Shown piece after piece: positions 1-9,390 of a stretch of 64,000 nt of DNA. Position numbers and translations under genes: made by a program. The stretch lies in the NCBI GenBank assembly GCA_964653805.1, contig CAZZFS010000004.1, positions 4,182 to 68,181 on the forward strand. Reading direction: 5' to 3'. Numbering within the stretch: position 1 is the first letter of the stretch; the number at the start of each line of letters is the position of its first letter. This DNA is from an uncultured Clostridiaceae bacterium. Its GTDB lineage: Bacteria; Bacillota; Clostridia; TANB77; CAG-465. The notes below the pieces were generated by a model. It was not told the origin of the DNA. It did not search any database and was given only the letters and a program-made list of their open reading frames with translations.

Positions 1-153
1 GATGTTTTTGACCACTAAGGTAAGGTACTAATGGATGCATACCTGCTGTTGTAAATAAAACAGTAGGATCATTTTCTGGAACAAGTTTTGCACCTGATAT
101 TACTGAATGTCCTTTACTTTTAAAAAATTCTAAATATTTATTTCTTATTTCTA
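1..153 (-). CDS. alaS: alanyl-tRNA synthetase, N-terminal 51 codons (gene continues beyond window start)
   Basis: Reverse-strand translation from the ATG at 153 gives [45 protein letters not shown], the conserved AlaRS N-terminus. A GGAG RBS sits upstream. It is too short to appear in the ORF track. Confidence 0.6.
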
Positions 154-230
154 TTGCTTTCATAAGATTCTCCTTTTCTACTAAAATTACATTGGTGTAA
201 ATTATACCAAAAATTTTAATTATAGTCAAA

Positions 231-977
231 CTATTCACTTAATTGATTATCATTTTTATTTTTCTCAATATCCCAACCTTCTATATTAGAACGTTTTATA
301 GCTCCAAAAATATGTTCTTTAACTTTTGGAATATCTTTTTGTAAATCTTTTATTAAATCCGTCATATAATCTCTTTTTGTAAAACCATCTGCTTCACAAC
401 ATTTCCCCATAACTGGAAAATTATTGTTTCTGGCGACTGCTCTAATTTCTTTTTCACTTGCATAAACAAGTGGTCTTATAACTTTTATATCCGTTCTACT
501 TAAATATGTAACAGGTGAAAAAGTATGTATTTTCCCATTTAAAAATACACTCATTAAAAACGTTTCCATTACATCATCACTATGATGTCCTAATGCTATT
601 TTAGTACAATTATTTTCAATTGCTATACTATTTAACATTCCTCTTCTCATATTTGCACATAATGAACATGGATTTTTTTCTTTACGTATATCAAAAACAA
701 CCTCTGCTATATTTGAATTATATACAATATATTCTATTTCTAACTTTTTGCACATTTCTTCTAATTCATCAGTCTTAAAAGTACTACTTCCTGGATGTAT
801 AGTTATTGCCATTATATCAAACTTTTTAGGATAAAATTTCCTTAAATAATATAATGCGTGTAGTAAAGTTAAACTATCTTTACCACCCGATAAACCTATT
901 GCTATTTTATCTCCATCATCTATCATATTAAAATCAGCTGCAGCTCTTCTTACTTGTCCTATTATTTTTTGTAACAT
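231..977 (-). CDS. ttcA: PP-loop ATPase, tRNA 2-thiocytidine synthase TtcA-like
   Basis: SGGKDS PP-loop motif, CxxC and CC motifs, about 250 aa. Confidence 0.7.
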   Translation of the reverse strand: MLQKIIGQVRRAAADFNMIDDGDKIAIGLSGGKDSLTLLHALYYLRKFYPKKFDIMAITIHPGSSTFKTDELEEMCKKLEIEYIVYNSNIAEVVFDIRKEKNPCSLCANMRRGMLNSIAIENNCTKIALGHHSDDVMETFLMSVFLNGKIHTFSPVTYLSRTDIKVIRPLVYASEKEIRAVARNNNFPVMGKCCEADGFTKRDYMTDLIKDLQKDIPKVKEHIFGAIKRSNIEGWDIEKNKNDNQLSE

Positions 978-1149
978 TTAAACTCTCCTTTTTAAACTTT
1001 TATTATATTTTACCATATTTATAGCGTTTTTTCAATGAAAAAACTTGACTATATATTTTTAATTATAATTTTCTTATTATATATTTTAAATAAATAAAAA
1101 ACAAACCAATTGTTAGTTGATTTGTTTTTTATTAATTACATATATAATT

Positions 1150-1728
1150 TTATCCAAAAAGTACTTTTAATATATTTTCATATCTATCCTTTAATAATTC
1201 TTTTGACATAGGACTTAATTTATTAAAATCTCTTTCTAATTTACCTTTAACCCAATTTGCTCCATCTTGTGTTGATAATCTTTTTTTCTCACCATATGCA
1301 CATTCAAATAAAGAAGGAATTGCATCAAAGTGAGCAATTACATCAGCATCTGCAACGCACATTTCTTCTATGCTATCTTTTTGGTTATTTACACTACCTC
1401 TATGATTTAAAACACATTTTTTAACTTGTTCAATTTTATCTTTTGGATATTTCAACTCTGTTAATAACTGTTCAGCCAATTTTTCACCATATATATGATG
1501 TTCTTCTCTAGTTCCATATTCAGAAATCATTGCCATATCATGTAACAAAGCTCCTAATTGAACAATTTCAATATCTGCATTATATCTTTTAGCTAAATCA
1601 ATTGAATTTTCTACAACATATTTTACATGTTCATCCCAAAAATTAAAATTATATTTTTCTTCATAAATTTCACTTTTTTTAATTACTTCTTCTTTTATTT
1701 TTTCTACTATATTATTCATAATCTCCAC
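1150..1728 (-). CDS. HD-domain phosphohydrolase
   Basis: LLHDMAM HD motif with flanking His/Asp. The start overlaps the upstream gene by 17 nt, suggesting an operon. Confidence 0.6.
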   Translation of the reverse strand: MEIMNNIVEKIKEEVIKKSEIYEEKYNFNFWDEHVKYVVENSIDLAKRYNADIEIVQLGALLHDMAMISEYGTREEHHIYGEKLAEQLLTELKYPKDKIEQVKKCVLNHRGSVNNQKDSIEEMCVADADVIAHFDAIPSLFECAYGEKKRLSTQDGANWVKGKLERDFNKLSPMSKELLKDRYENILKVLFG

Positions 1729-2740
1729 CTTCTAAACCTTTTTCTATTTTTTTAAATATTCTCAAACATAAAAAAGTTAAATACATCGATGGTATCTTTT
1801 TTTGTCCAAAGTCCCACTCTTTAAATTTTTGATAAACTGATTCACAAGTAAACAAACCATTTTCATCTTGTTTATTTTCTATAATTTTTAACATTTCTAA
1901 AAAATATTTATCTTCTTTTATAGTGTCAAATTCACTTAATATATCCAAAACACTAACAATGTCATACCACATTGCTGGCGCTTTTAATTTTCTAAAATCA
2001 TTTCCCATATAGAACATATATGGATGAACTTCTAAACTATCTTTCCATAATTCAAGTATAACTTTTGAAGTTTTATACGCTATATCGCTTTTTTTATATT
2101 CTGGTATTACCGAAAATAATTTAAGCATAATTAACGTAGCGTAGGGACAACAATCATCTTTTTTTCCTGGACCTCTCCATTTACCAAGTTCTTTTGAAAC
2201 AGTGCATAAAAATCCTTGTTCTTTAAATATGGAAACTAAATATTCCACCCCTTGTTTAATATATTTATCATAATCAACTCCTGCTTTTTGCAAAGCAATT
2301 AACAATAAAGGTGCGTCACATAAAGCCCATCCAAAAGTTTTTTCTCCACTACCACCATAATGCTTTGGTATATTTAAAACAGATTGGTATACTCCATTTT
2401 CATCTTTATGCTTTAAAATTTCATTTATTGCATTACTAATTTCTACTACAGATGTATCCAGTCCAATATCTAATAAAAATAATAATTTATGAATAGGTAG
2501 ATCAGGGTTTTTATGACCACTAACTACAATACTATGAAAATCATTCACATCTTTTAGATATTTTTTTATTTTATCATCTTTTAATATTTCTTCTTTTAAA
2601 AATAAGTTCTGTTCTTTTAGATATTCCTTGCCATTATACCCAATAAATTTATTTTTTTCATTATAAAAAGTTTTTGATATGGTATATTTTAACCAATTTT
2701 CACTATTAGCATATAAATAATCAATATTATATTTAATCAT
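1712..2740 (-). CDS. hypothetical protein with prenyltransferase/terpene-cyclase-like (alpha-alpha toroid) repeats
   Basis: Recurrent QW-like motifs (HKDENGVY, KEQGFL, QDENGLF) typical of prenyltransferase/SHC repeats. The functional call is weak. Confidence 0.35.
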   Translation of the reverse strand: MIKYNIDYLYANSENWLKYTISKTFYNEKNKFIGYNGKEYLKEQNLFLKEEILKDDKIKKYLKDVNDFHSIVVSGHKNPDLPIHKLLFLLDIGLDTSVVEISNAINEILKHKDENGVYQSVLNIPKHYGGSGEKTFGWALCDAPLLLIALQKAGVDYDKYIKQGVEYLVSIFKEQGFLCTVSKELGKWRGPGKKDDCCPYATLIMLKLFSVIPEYKKSDIAYKTSKVILELWKDSLEVHPYMFYMGNDFRKLKAPAMWYDIVSVLDILSEFDTIKEDKYFLEMLKIIENKQDENGLFTCESVYQKFKEWDFGQKKIPSMYLTFLCLRIFKKIEKGLEGGDYE

Positions 2741-2783
2741 ATATATCCTCCTTTTTAAATTTATTATACTTATATTATACTAA

Positions 2784-3395
2784 CTAAAATATTTGTGATA
2801 CTAATTTAGCAAGATATAACACAGAAAAACTATATGCAAGAATTGTAAAAGGTTTTAGCAATACAATTATTAAAATATATTTTTTTACTGATATTTTAGT
2901 AACTCCAGCTAAATAACATAAAAAGTCATCTGGTGCTATTGGTAAAAATATAGCAAGAGCAAACATTTTTTCGAATTTTTGTTCCTTATCTAACCAACCA
3001 ATATATTTATGAATTAATTTTTCACCAAACATTGCTTTAATTAAATGCAACCCATATTTTCTTGAAATAAAAAAAACAGCTATTGAACCTAAAACTATAC
3101 CAATATAATTATATATAAAACCTTTTACAGGACCAAATACTAAAACACCAATTGCTGTGCTTACACCACCTGGCACTATTGGTACTATTACTTGTACAAA
3201 CTGTATAAATAAAAATATTATAGGTCCAAAAATTCCAACTCTATTTAAAAAACCAGAAAGTGCTTCTTCAGATGTAAATAAATTATTTTTCATTCCATAA
3301 TATATAAACAACAAAACAAGAATAGTTCCAACAGCTGTAATACAATGTATTATTATTTCAACTTTATGATTTTCTTTATTTTTAATCGCTTCCAA
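2784..3395 (-). CDS. TVP38/TMEM64 (DedA-like) family membrane protein
   Basis: Multi-TM protein with a VPIVPGG...GFIYNYIGIVLGS core, characteristic of the SNARE-associated/TVP38 family. Confidence 0.65.
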   Translation of the reverse strand: MEAIKNKENHKVEIIIHCITAVGTILVLLFIYYGMKNNLFTSEEALSGFLNRVGIFGPIIFLFIQFVQVIVPIVPGGVSTAIGVLVFGPVKGFIYNYIGIVLGSIAVFFISRKYGLHLIKAMFGEKLIHKYIGWLDKEQKFEKMFALAIFLPIAPDDFLCYLAGVTKISVKKYILIIVLLKPFTILAYSFSVLYLAKLVSQIF

Positions 3396-3624
3396 TTTAT
3401 TCCCCTTTCTTTTTTTAGTTTAATATATTTTATTATACATCATTTTATTTAAAATTAAAATACAATATGTTAATATTTTACTTACATTTTTGTAATATTG
3501 TTTTATTATTTGAATATATTACAATTTTATAGAATTATTTTTTTCATATTTATTAATTTTTTTGTGAATATGAAAAATACAAAATAAAACAGTATTAAAT
3601 TTAATACTGTTTTATTTATAATAT

Positions 3625-5370
3625 TTATAATATTTTATTTAAATTAGATTCTTTTAAATTATCTTTTACCCATTTAATTATTGCAAAACTATTATTTGTT
3701 AATTCGTATACTTTATTTATACATTTAATTTCATTAATAGATCTATTCTTTAATAAATTATTTGTAGTTCCAGAAAAATATATACTTGAATTTATAACCC
3801 ACCATTTTGTATATATTTTTGCTCTTTTTAAATCTTCCATAAGCCTATTAGCTTCAAATACTGGGGTTGTTTCAGGAAGAGTAACTATTATTACTTCTGT
3901 TTCTTTTTCATTTCTAAGTCTTGGTAACAATTTAATTACTTCTTCTGGTACTTCACCTTGTGTTTTTGAGATTTCTTTATTATATGTTTGTGTAGTATCA
4001 AGTAATAATAAAGTATGACCAGTTGGAGCCGTATCTATAACAACTACTTTTTCATCAGCTTTATCAACAATTTTTGCAAAAGCTTTAAATAATGCTATCT
4101 CTTGAGTACAAGGTGATCTCAAATCTTCTTCAATATATTCTAAATCTTCACCTAATATATTATTTTCTTTTGCTTTATTTATAACTTCATTTTTGTATTT
4201 TTGAAGCTCTTCTTGTTCATCAATTTTTATAATTTCTAAATTAACATTATTAGATATAACATATTTTAAATGATCTGCAGGATCTGTTGTTGCTAAAACA
4301 ACTTTTTTTCCTCTATTACTAAGTTCCAAAGCTATAGCTGAAGCAACCGTTGTTTTTCCTACGCCACCTTTTCCCATAGTAAATATTACTTTTTTTTGAT
4401 TTATCTCAATATCATCTATTATATTTTTTAAACTTTTAATTTCATCATTTATTAGTTTATCATTACTTTCAATAAATTCATCACTATTTATTAAATTACG
4501 TATATTATCTATACCCACTACATTATATCCTCTTAAAGGTATCATATATTTTTTTATTGATTGTAATTCTATAGGTAATTTTTTTAAATTTTCTTGTTGT
4601 TTTAAATATATTGCATCTGATATTTCATCATCTGCTTTTTCAATTATAGCATTTACAATTAAAACTTGATTTTCAATTCCAATTTGATTTAATTCATATG
4701 AAGATCTAGCAGCTTCTTTAATGGGAGTTTCCTCTGCCCTTGTTATAAGGAAAAGAGTTGTTTGGTTTTCATTTTTTAACATATTCATAGCATTATAATA
4801 TGTTTCTTTTTCTTCTCCAAGACCAGCTAATTGGCCTAAACAAGAAGAACCAAATTTATTAGTATCAATAAAACTTGACCATGCAGATGGCAACGTAAGC
4901 ATTCTTAGAGTATGTCCTGTTGGTGCAGTATCAAATATAATATAATCATATTTTTCATTTAGTTCTTTATCCGTTATAATGTGCGAAAACTCATTAAAAG
5001 ATGCTATTTCAACTGTACAAGAACCAGATAACTGTTCTTTCATATTTTCTAATGCGACATCTGGAAGAATTCCAACATAAGGTTTTATTAAAGAATCTCT
5101 ATATTCTTCAGCAGAAATAATAGGATCTAAATTTGCTACCCATAAATTTGGAATTTCTATTATTTTTTTTGCTTTATTAGTTAAACTTGTATTAAATACA
5201 TCTTGTAAATTTGATGCTGGATCAGTACTTATTAAAAAAACTTTTTTTCCACTATCAGCAAGATTTACAGCAATACTACATGCAGTTGAAGTTTTCCCTG
5301 TACCACCTTTTCCAGTGAAAAACAAATACTTTGTTAATTTTATTTTTTCTAAATTTATTTTTTCTAACAT
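3625..5370 (-). CDS. arsA: arsenical pump-driving ATPase ArsA (two-halves ATPase)
   Basis: Two P-loops (GKGGTGKTS, GKGGVGKTT), two DTAPTGHTLRLL signature motifs, conserved Cys residues, 581 aa. Confidence 0.9.
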   Translation of the reverse strand: MLEKINLEKIKLTKYLFFTGKGGTGKTSTACSIAVNLADSGKKVFLISTDPASNLQDVFNTSLTNKAKKIIEIPNLWVANLDPIISAEEYRDSLIKPYVGILPDVALENMKEQLSGSCTVEIASFNEFSHIITDKELNEKYDYIIFDTAPTGHTLRMLTLPSAWSSFIDTNKFGSSCLGQLAGLGEEKETYYNAMNMLKNENQTTLFLITRAEETPIKEAARSSYELNQIGIENQVLIVNAIIEKADDEISDAIYLKQQENLKKLPIELQSIKKYMIPLRGYNVVGIDNIRNLINSDEFIESNDKLINDEIKSLKNIIDDIEINQKKVIFTMGKGGVGKTTVASAIALELSNRGKKVVLATTDPADHLKYVISNNVNLEIIKIDEQEELQKYKNEVINKAKENNILGEDLEYIEEDLRSPCTQEIALFKAFAKIVDKADEKVVVIDTAPTGHTLLLLDTTQTYNKEISKTQGEVPEEVIKLLPRLRNEKETEVIIVTLPETTPVFEANRLMEDLKRAKIYTKWWVINSSIYFSGTTNNLLKNRSINEIKCINKVYELTNNSFAIIKWVKDNLKESNLNKIL

Positions 5371-5377
5371 TTCAAAC

Positions 5378-5749
5378 CTACTTTCTATTTAAATTTCCAA
5401 GACTAAATTTCTTTTTAGTTTCATTATTATTTAAAACATCCTCTATTTTTATATCTAAATATTTTGCTATTTCTTCATTTGTTGGATAATTTTTAGTTTG
5501 TACAATTTCACCTTCTAAAACTGTTATAGGAAGAATTTCTATCCCATTACTTTTTATTAATTCATTTATTTCCTTATTAGCTACAAACTCTTTAGGATTA
5601 TTATTTAAATTATATCTTTGGATAATAATTCCTTTTTTCTTTAAATTATTTACAACTGTTGTTATCCTTAATAATTGTGGATTTACACTTGGTCCACACA
5701 CTCCAGTTGAACAACACATTGCTGGTTCAAATATTTCCATTTTAATCAT
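5378..5749 (-). CDS. arsD: arsenic metallochaperone/repressor ArsD
   Basis: The N-terminal MCCSTGVCGP places Cys12, Cys13 and Cys18 exactly as in R773 ArsD. It sits immediately upstream of arsA. Confidence 0.85.
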   Translation of the reverse strand: MIKMEIFEPAMCCSTGVCGPSVNPQLLRITTVVNNLKKKGIIIQRYNLNNNPKEFVANKEINELIKSNGIEILPITVLEGEIVQTKNYPTNEEIAKYLDIKIEDVLNNNETKKKFSLGNLNRK

Positions 5750-5794
5750 ATATAATCACTACTCCTCTATTTTAATTTATACATTTTTTTATTT

Positions 5795-6130
5795 TTAATT
5801 ACAATTACTTATATATTCATCATTATCATAAGATATTTGAAGCATAAATATCATCATGTTTTTTATTTGTTTTTTATTTAAACTATAATATGTCCACAAT
5901 CCATCTTTTCTAATTTTAATTACGTTTGCTTCTTCTAATTTTTTCATGTGATGTGATAATGTTGGTTGAGTTATGTTTAATTTTTCAAGTATTGTACAAG
6001 CACACATTTCACCACAAGAAAGTATTTCAATTATCTTTAATCTGTTTGGATCTGAAAAACTTTTAAATAATTTTGAATTTTCAATATAAATCTCTTCCAT
6101 AAAACCTCCTATATATTCATACTTATACAT
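5795..6130 (-). CDS. arsR: ArsR/SmtB family metalloregulator
   Basis: CGEMCACTI metal-binding motif followed by a wHTH (QPTLSHHMKKL). The start is possibly at the internal Met (MEEIY). Confidence 0.8.
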   Translation of the reverse strand: MYKYEYIGGFMEEIYIENSKLFKSFSDPNRLKIIEILSCGEMCACTILEKLNITQPTLSHHMKKLEEANVIKIRKDGLWTYYSLNKKQIKNMMIFMLQISYDNDEYISNCN

Positions 6131-6171
6131 ATATTATCATTTTAAACAAACATTGTCAAGTATTTATGTAC

Positions 6172-6201
6172 GAATTACATTGATAAATATCTATGTAATT
6201 C
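6172..6201. promoter_or_regulatory. perfect 9-bp inverted repeat (gaattacat-N12-atgtaattc), candidate ArsR operator
   Basis: Palindrome seen directly in the sequence, 40-70 bp upstream of arsR in the divergent intergenic region. Confidence 0.4.
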
Positions 6202-6303
6202 ATAGATTTGATTTTAATATGTTTTATTTTATTTAAAACTTGCACAATTTTAATGTATATAGTATAATTCAATGTATATTAAAAATAATTTAAAGGAGTG
6301 TTT

Positions 6304-6930
6304 ATGAGTTCTATAATAACACATTTGTATTTAGCAAATTATATAAAAGAAGAATTTGATTTTAGTGATAAATTTTTAACAGGTGCACTATTACCTGATA
6401 TTTTAAAAGCTCATGGTGAAAAAAGAAATGATACTCATTATATACAAAAAATCGAACAAAGCAACAAAACATTTTATTTACCAAATTTAAAAAATTATGC
6501 TTCAAAAAACCCTGACTTATTAAAGAATGAAATTAAATTAGGTTATTTTTCACATTTAGTGCAAGATAAAATTTGGTTTAAATACTTTATTCCAATGTTT
6601 ACAAATTATGAAAATAGAAATTGTCCGGTACAATACAACGATGGAAGCTTACACGAATATAATGAATATCTTAAAGATATTTATTCTGATTATGCTTTAT
6701 TAGATACTAATTTATTAAAAAATAATGATTTTAAAATTAATAGTAAATTAAAAAATACACTAATAGATAATTTACCTAATAAAAATTTAGAAAAAGTATT
6801 AATAAATAATTTAGAAATACAAAAAATCATTTATAAAGATTTGAAATTAATAAAAAATAGCCAAATGGAATCATATTTAGAAATATCAAAAAAAGAAACA
6901 AAACATATTTTAACAGAGCTACTAAAATAA
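6304..6930 (+). CDS. hypothetical protein
   Basis: ATG at 6304 is preceded by an AAAGGAG RBS. The track's 6298 start is a GTG inside the RBS. No confident family assignment. Confidence 0.5.
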   Translation: MSSIITHLYLANYIKEEFDFSDKFLTGALLPDILKAHGEKRNDTHYIQKIEQSNKTFYLPNLKNYASKNPDLLKNEIKLGYFSHLVQDKIWFKYFIPMFTNYENRNCPVQYNDGSLHEYNEYLKDIYSDYALLDTNLLKNNDFKINSKLKNTLIDNLPNKNLEKVLINNLEIQKIIYKDLKLIKNSQMESYLEISKKETKHILTELLK

Positions 6931-7003
6931 TTTTAGTAGCTTATTTTTTCATTGTGAAATTTTATCAAATGCAATAAAAATTTCAAGACTTAATATTATT
7001 TAA

Positions 7004-7032
7004 CTTGACAGAATTTCATAATTAATATATAA
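7004..7032 (+). promoter_or_regulatory. sigma-A type promoter TTGACA-17-TATAAT for the glmS leader
   Basis: Exact consensus -35 and -10 hexamers with a 17-nt spacer, about 60 nt upstream of the ribozyme. Confidence 0.6.
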
Positions 7033-7087
7033 TACATTCAATTGAAATTTTTATTTCTTAAATTGGAGGTGAAATGTATTTAAGTTT

Positions 7088-7255
7088 AAAAATAGCGCAT
7101 GAATATATATTATATATATAAATATGTATTGACGAGGATGATAGTTGTCGAAAAAATCAGCGGATTCTATCACGGTAATCTAGTATCGTAATATATAGTA
7201 CAAAGAGTGAAATTTATCTATCACTACAAAAAGCTATATAATCTAGTAAAAAAAA
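7088..7255 (+). ncRNA. glmS ribozyme: glmS ribozyme (GlcN6P-responsive self-cleaving riboswitch)
   Basis: AUAGCGC cleavage-site motif. The core UUGACGAGGAUG AUAG UUGUCGAAAAAAUCAGCGGAU UCUAUC ACGG closely matches the Bacillus glmS core, with GAUAG/CUAUC covarying against GGAGG/CCUCC. The downstream AAAGAGUGAAAU...UCACU element is present. It lies in the 5'UTR of glmS. Confidence 0.85.
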
Positions 7256-7409
7256 CAATTAAATTTAATTAGTTTTAAAATTTAAATTATTATAATTAAA
7301 AAGAGAATTAAATTCAAATATTTAATTCTAATTTATTGAACTAAAAAATTGAAATTAAAAATAGAAAGGGATATAATATTAGTAATATTATATTATATAG
7401 GTTTAAAAT

Positions 7410-9212
7410 ATGTGTGGAATAATTGGGTACGTTGGTACCTCGAAAAAAGCTAAAGATATAACAATATCTTGTTTAAAAAATTTAGAATACAGAGGATATG
7501 ATTCTTCTGGTATAGCTACAGTTGAAAATAATAAAATAAATATGTATAAAGCTAAAGGTAAAATACTTAATTTAGAAGATTCATTAAAAAATAATTGTCT
7601 TGATTCAAGTATCGCTATTGCTCATACTAGATGGGCTACTCATGGTGAACCTAATGAAATAAATGCTCACCCTCATAAATCTGGAAGTGTAACATTAGTT
7701 CACAATGGAATTATCGAAAACTTTTCAGATTTAAAAAACTTTTTAGAAAAAGAAGGTGTGATTTTTAAATCTGCAACAGATACTGAAGTTGCTTGTGCAT
7801 ATATTGATTATATTTATAAAACAGAAAAAAATAAATTAAAATGTATACAAACAGCTTGTGAAAAATTTAGAGGTTCTTTTGGATTTGGAATTATCTTTGA
7901 AGATGAGCTAGATACAATTTATTCTGTTAGAAGAGATAGTCCTTTAATAATTGGTATCTCTGAAGATGGTAATTTTATAGCTTCAGATATTTCTGCTATA
8001 CTTGATTATACAAAAAAATATTTAGTTTTAGAACATAATGAATTTGCTAAAATAACAAATAATTTAGTAGAAATATACAACAATGATTTAGAAAAAATAG
8101 AAAAAGATTGTAAAATAGCTGATTGGGATGCTATGGAATACAAAAAAAATGGATTTGATCATTTTATGCTAAAAGAAATACATGAACAACCAAAAGTTGT
8201 TAAAAATATATTTACTAGATATATGAATAATGATTTAAATATTGATATAGATTTTAGTAAATTTAAAAATATAAGAATAGTTGCTTGTGGAAGTGCTATG
8301 CATGCTGGTCTTGTTGGTAAAAGTTTATTTGAAAATAATGCTGAAATACCAGTTTTTGTAGAAGTTGCTTCAGAATATAGATATAATAAACAACTTTTAT
8401 CTAAAGATAGTCTTGTAATTATAATATCACAATCTGGTGAAACAGCTGATACAATTGCTGCTCTTAGAATAGCAAAAGAAAAAGGTGCTTATGTACTTGG
8501 AATAGTGAATGCAGTAGGTTCAACAATTGCAAGAGAATGTCATACCACTTTATATACTTCTGCTGGACCTGAAATTGCAGTTGCAACTACAAAAGGTTAT
8601 ACAACACAAGTTGCTATGCTTACAATACTTGCTTTAGAGGCTATGAAACAAAAAAACATGTTATCAGATGATTTAAAAAATAAAATATATACAGAATTTG
8701 AAAATATAGATGTTTTATTAAATGATATAATTGCTAGAAATGAAGAATTTAAAACAGCTGCTTTTCAAATGTATGAAAAAAATAATTCGTTTTTTATTGG
8801 AAGAGGTATAGATTATGCTACTTGTATGGAAGGTTCTTTAAAGTTAAAAGAAATTTCATATATACATAGCGAAGCTTATCCAGCTGGTGAATTAAAACAC
8901 GGAACAATATCTTTAATAGAAGATGGTACTCCAGTAATAACAATAGCTACAGATGATAAATTATACGAAAAAACAATAAGTAATGCATTAGAAACAAAAG
9001 CTAGAGGTGCGTTTATAATATTTATATCTAATTCTATAAATGCTAATGATTCATTTGCTGATATTAATATTATATTACCAAAAACAACTGAGTTTACTCA
9101 AACTTTACTAGTTATAACAACATTACAACTTATTTCTTACGAAACTGCTAAATTTAGAAATTGTGATATAGATAAACCAAAAAATTTAGCTAAATCAGTT
9201 ACAGTTGAATAA
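7410..9212 (+). CDS. glmS: glutamine--fructose-6-phosphate aminotransferase
   Basis: MCGIIGYVG N-terminal nucleophile, two SIS domains, 600 aa. Confidence 0.95.
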   Translation: MCGIIGYVGTSKKAKDITISCLKNLEYRGYDSSGIATVENNKINMYKAKGKILNLEDSLKNNCLDSSIAIAHTRWATHGEPNEINAHPHKSGSVTLVHNGIIENFSDLKNFLEKEGVIFKSATDTEVACAYIDYIYKTEKNKLKCIQTACEKFRGSFGFGIIFEDELDTIYSVRRDSPLIIGISEDGNFIASDISAILDYTKKYLVLEHNEFAKITNNLVEIYNNDLEKIEKDCKIADWDAMEYKKNGFDHFMLKEIHEQPKVVKNIFTRYMNNDLNIDIDFSKFKNIRIVACGSAMHAGLVGKSLFENNAEIPVFVEVASEYRYNKQLLSKDSLVIIISQSGETADTIAALRIAKEKGAYVLGIVNAVGSTIARECHTTLYTSAGPEIAVATTKGYTTQVAMLTILALEAMKQKNMLSDDLKNKIYTEFENIDVLLNDIIARNEEFKTAAFQMYEKNNSFFIGRGIDYATCMEGSLKLKEISYIHSEAYPAGELKHGTISLIEDGTPVITIATDDKLYEKTISNALETKARGAFIIFISNSINANDSFADINIILPKTTEFTQTLLVITTLQLISYETAKFRNCDIDKPKNLAKSVTVE

Positions 9213-9264
9213 TTTAAATAAAAAACTATTTATAAAATAATAAAAAACTATTTTAATTATATCA

Positions 9265-9295
9265 AAAAGCTTACAATTAATTTTGTAAGCTTTTT
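9265..9295. terminator. rho-independent terminator (bidirectional hairpin)
   Basis: aaaagcttacaa-ttaatt-ttgtaagctttt stem-loop flanked by A and T runs. Confidence 0.6.
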
Positions 9296-9325
9296 GATAC
9301 AATTTTGCTGATTTACTAATAAAAT

Positions 9326-9356
9326 AAAAACAAAAAATGTATAGATAACTCTATAC
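9326..9356. terminator. rho-independent terminator
   Basis: aatgtatag-ataact-ctatacatt followed by a T6 run, between the convergent glmS and surface-protein genes. Confidence 0.6.
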
Positions 9357-9390
9357 ATTTTTTTGAATTAAAACTTAATTTAAATTGTAA

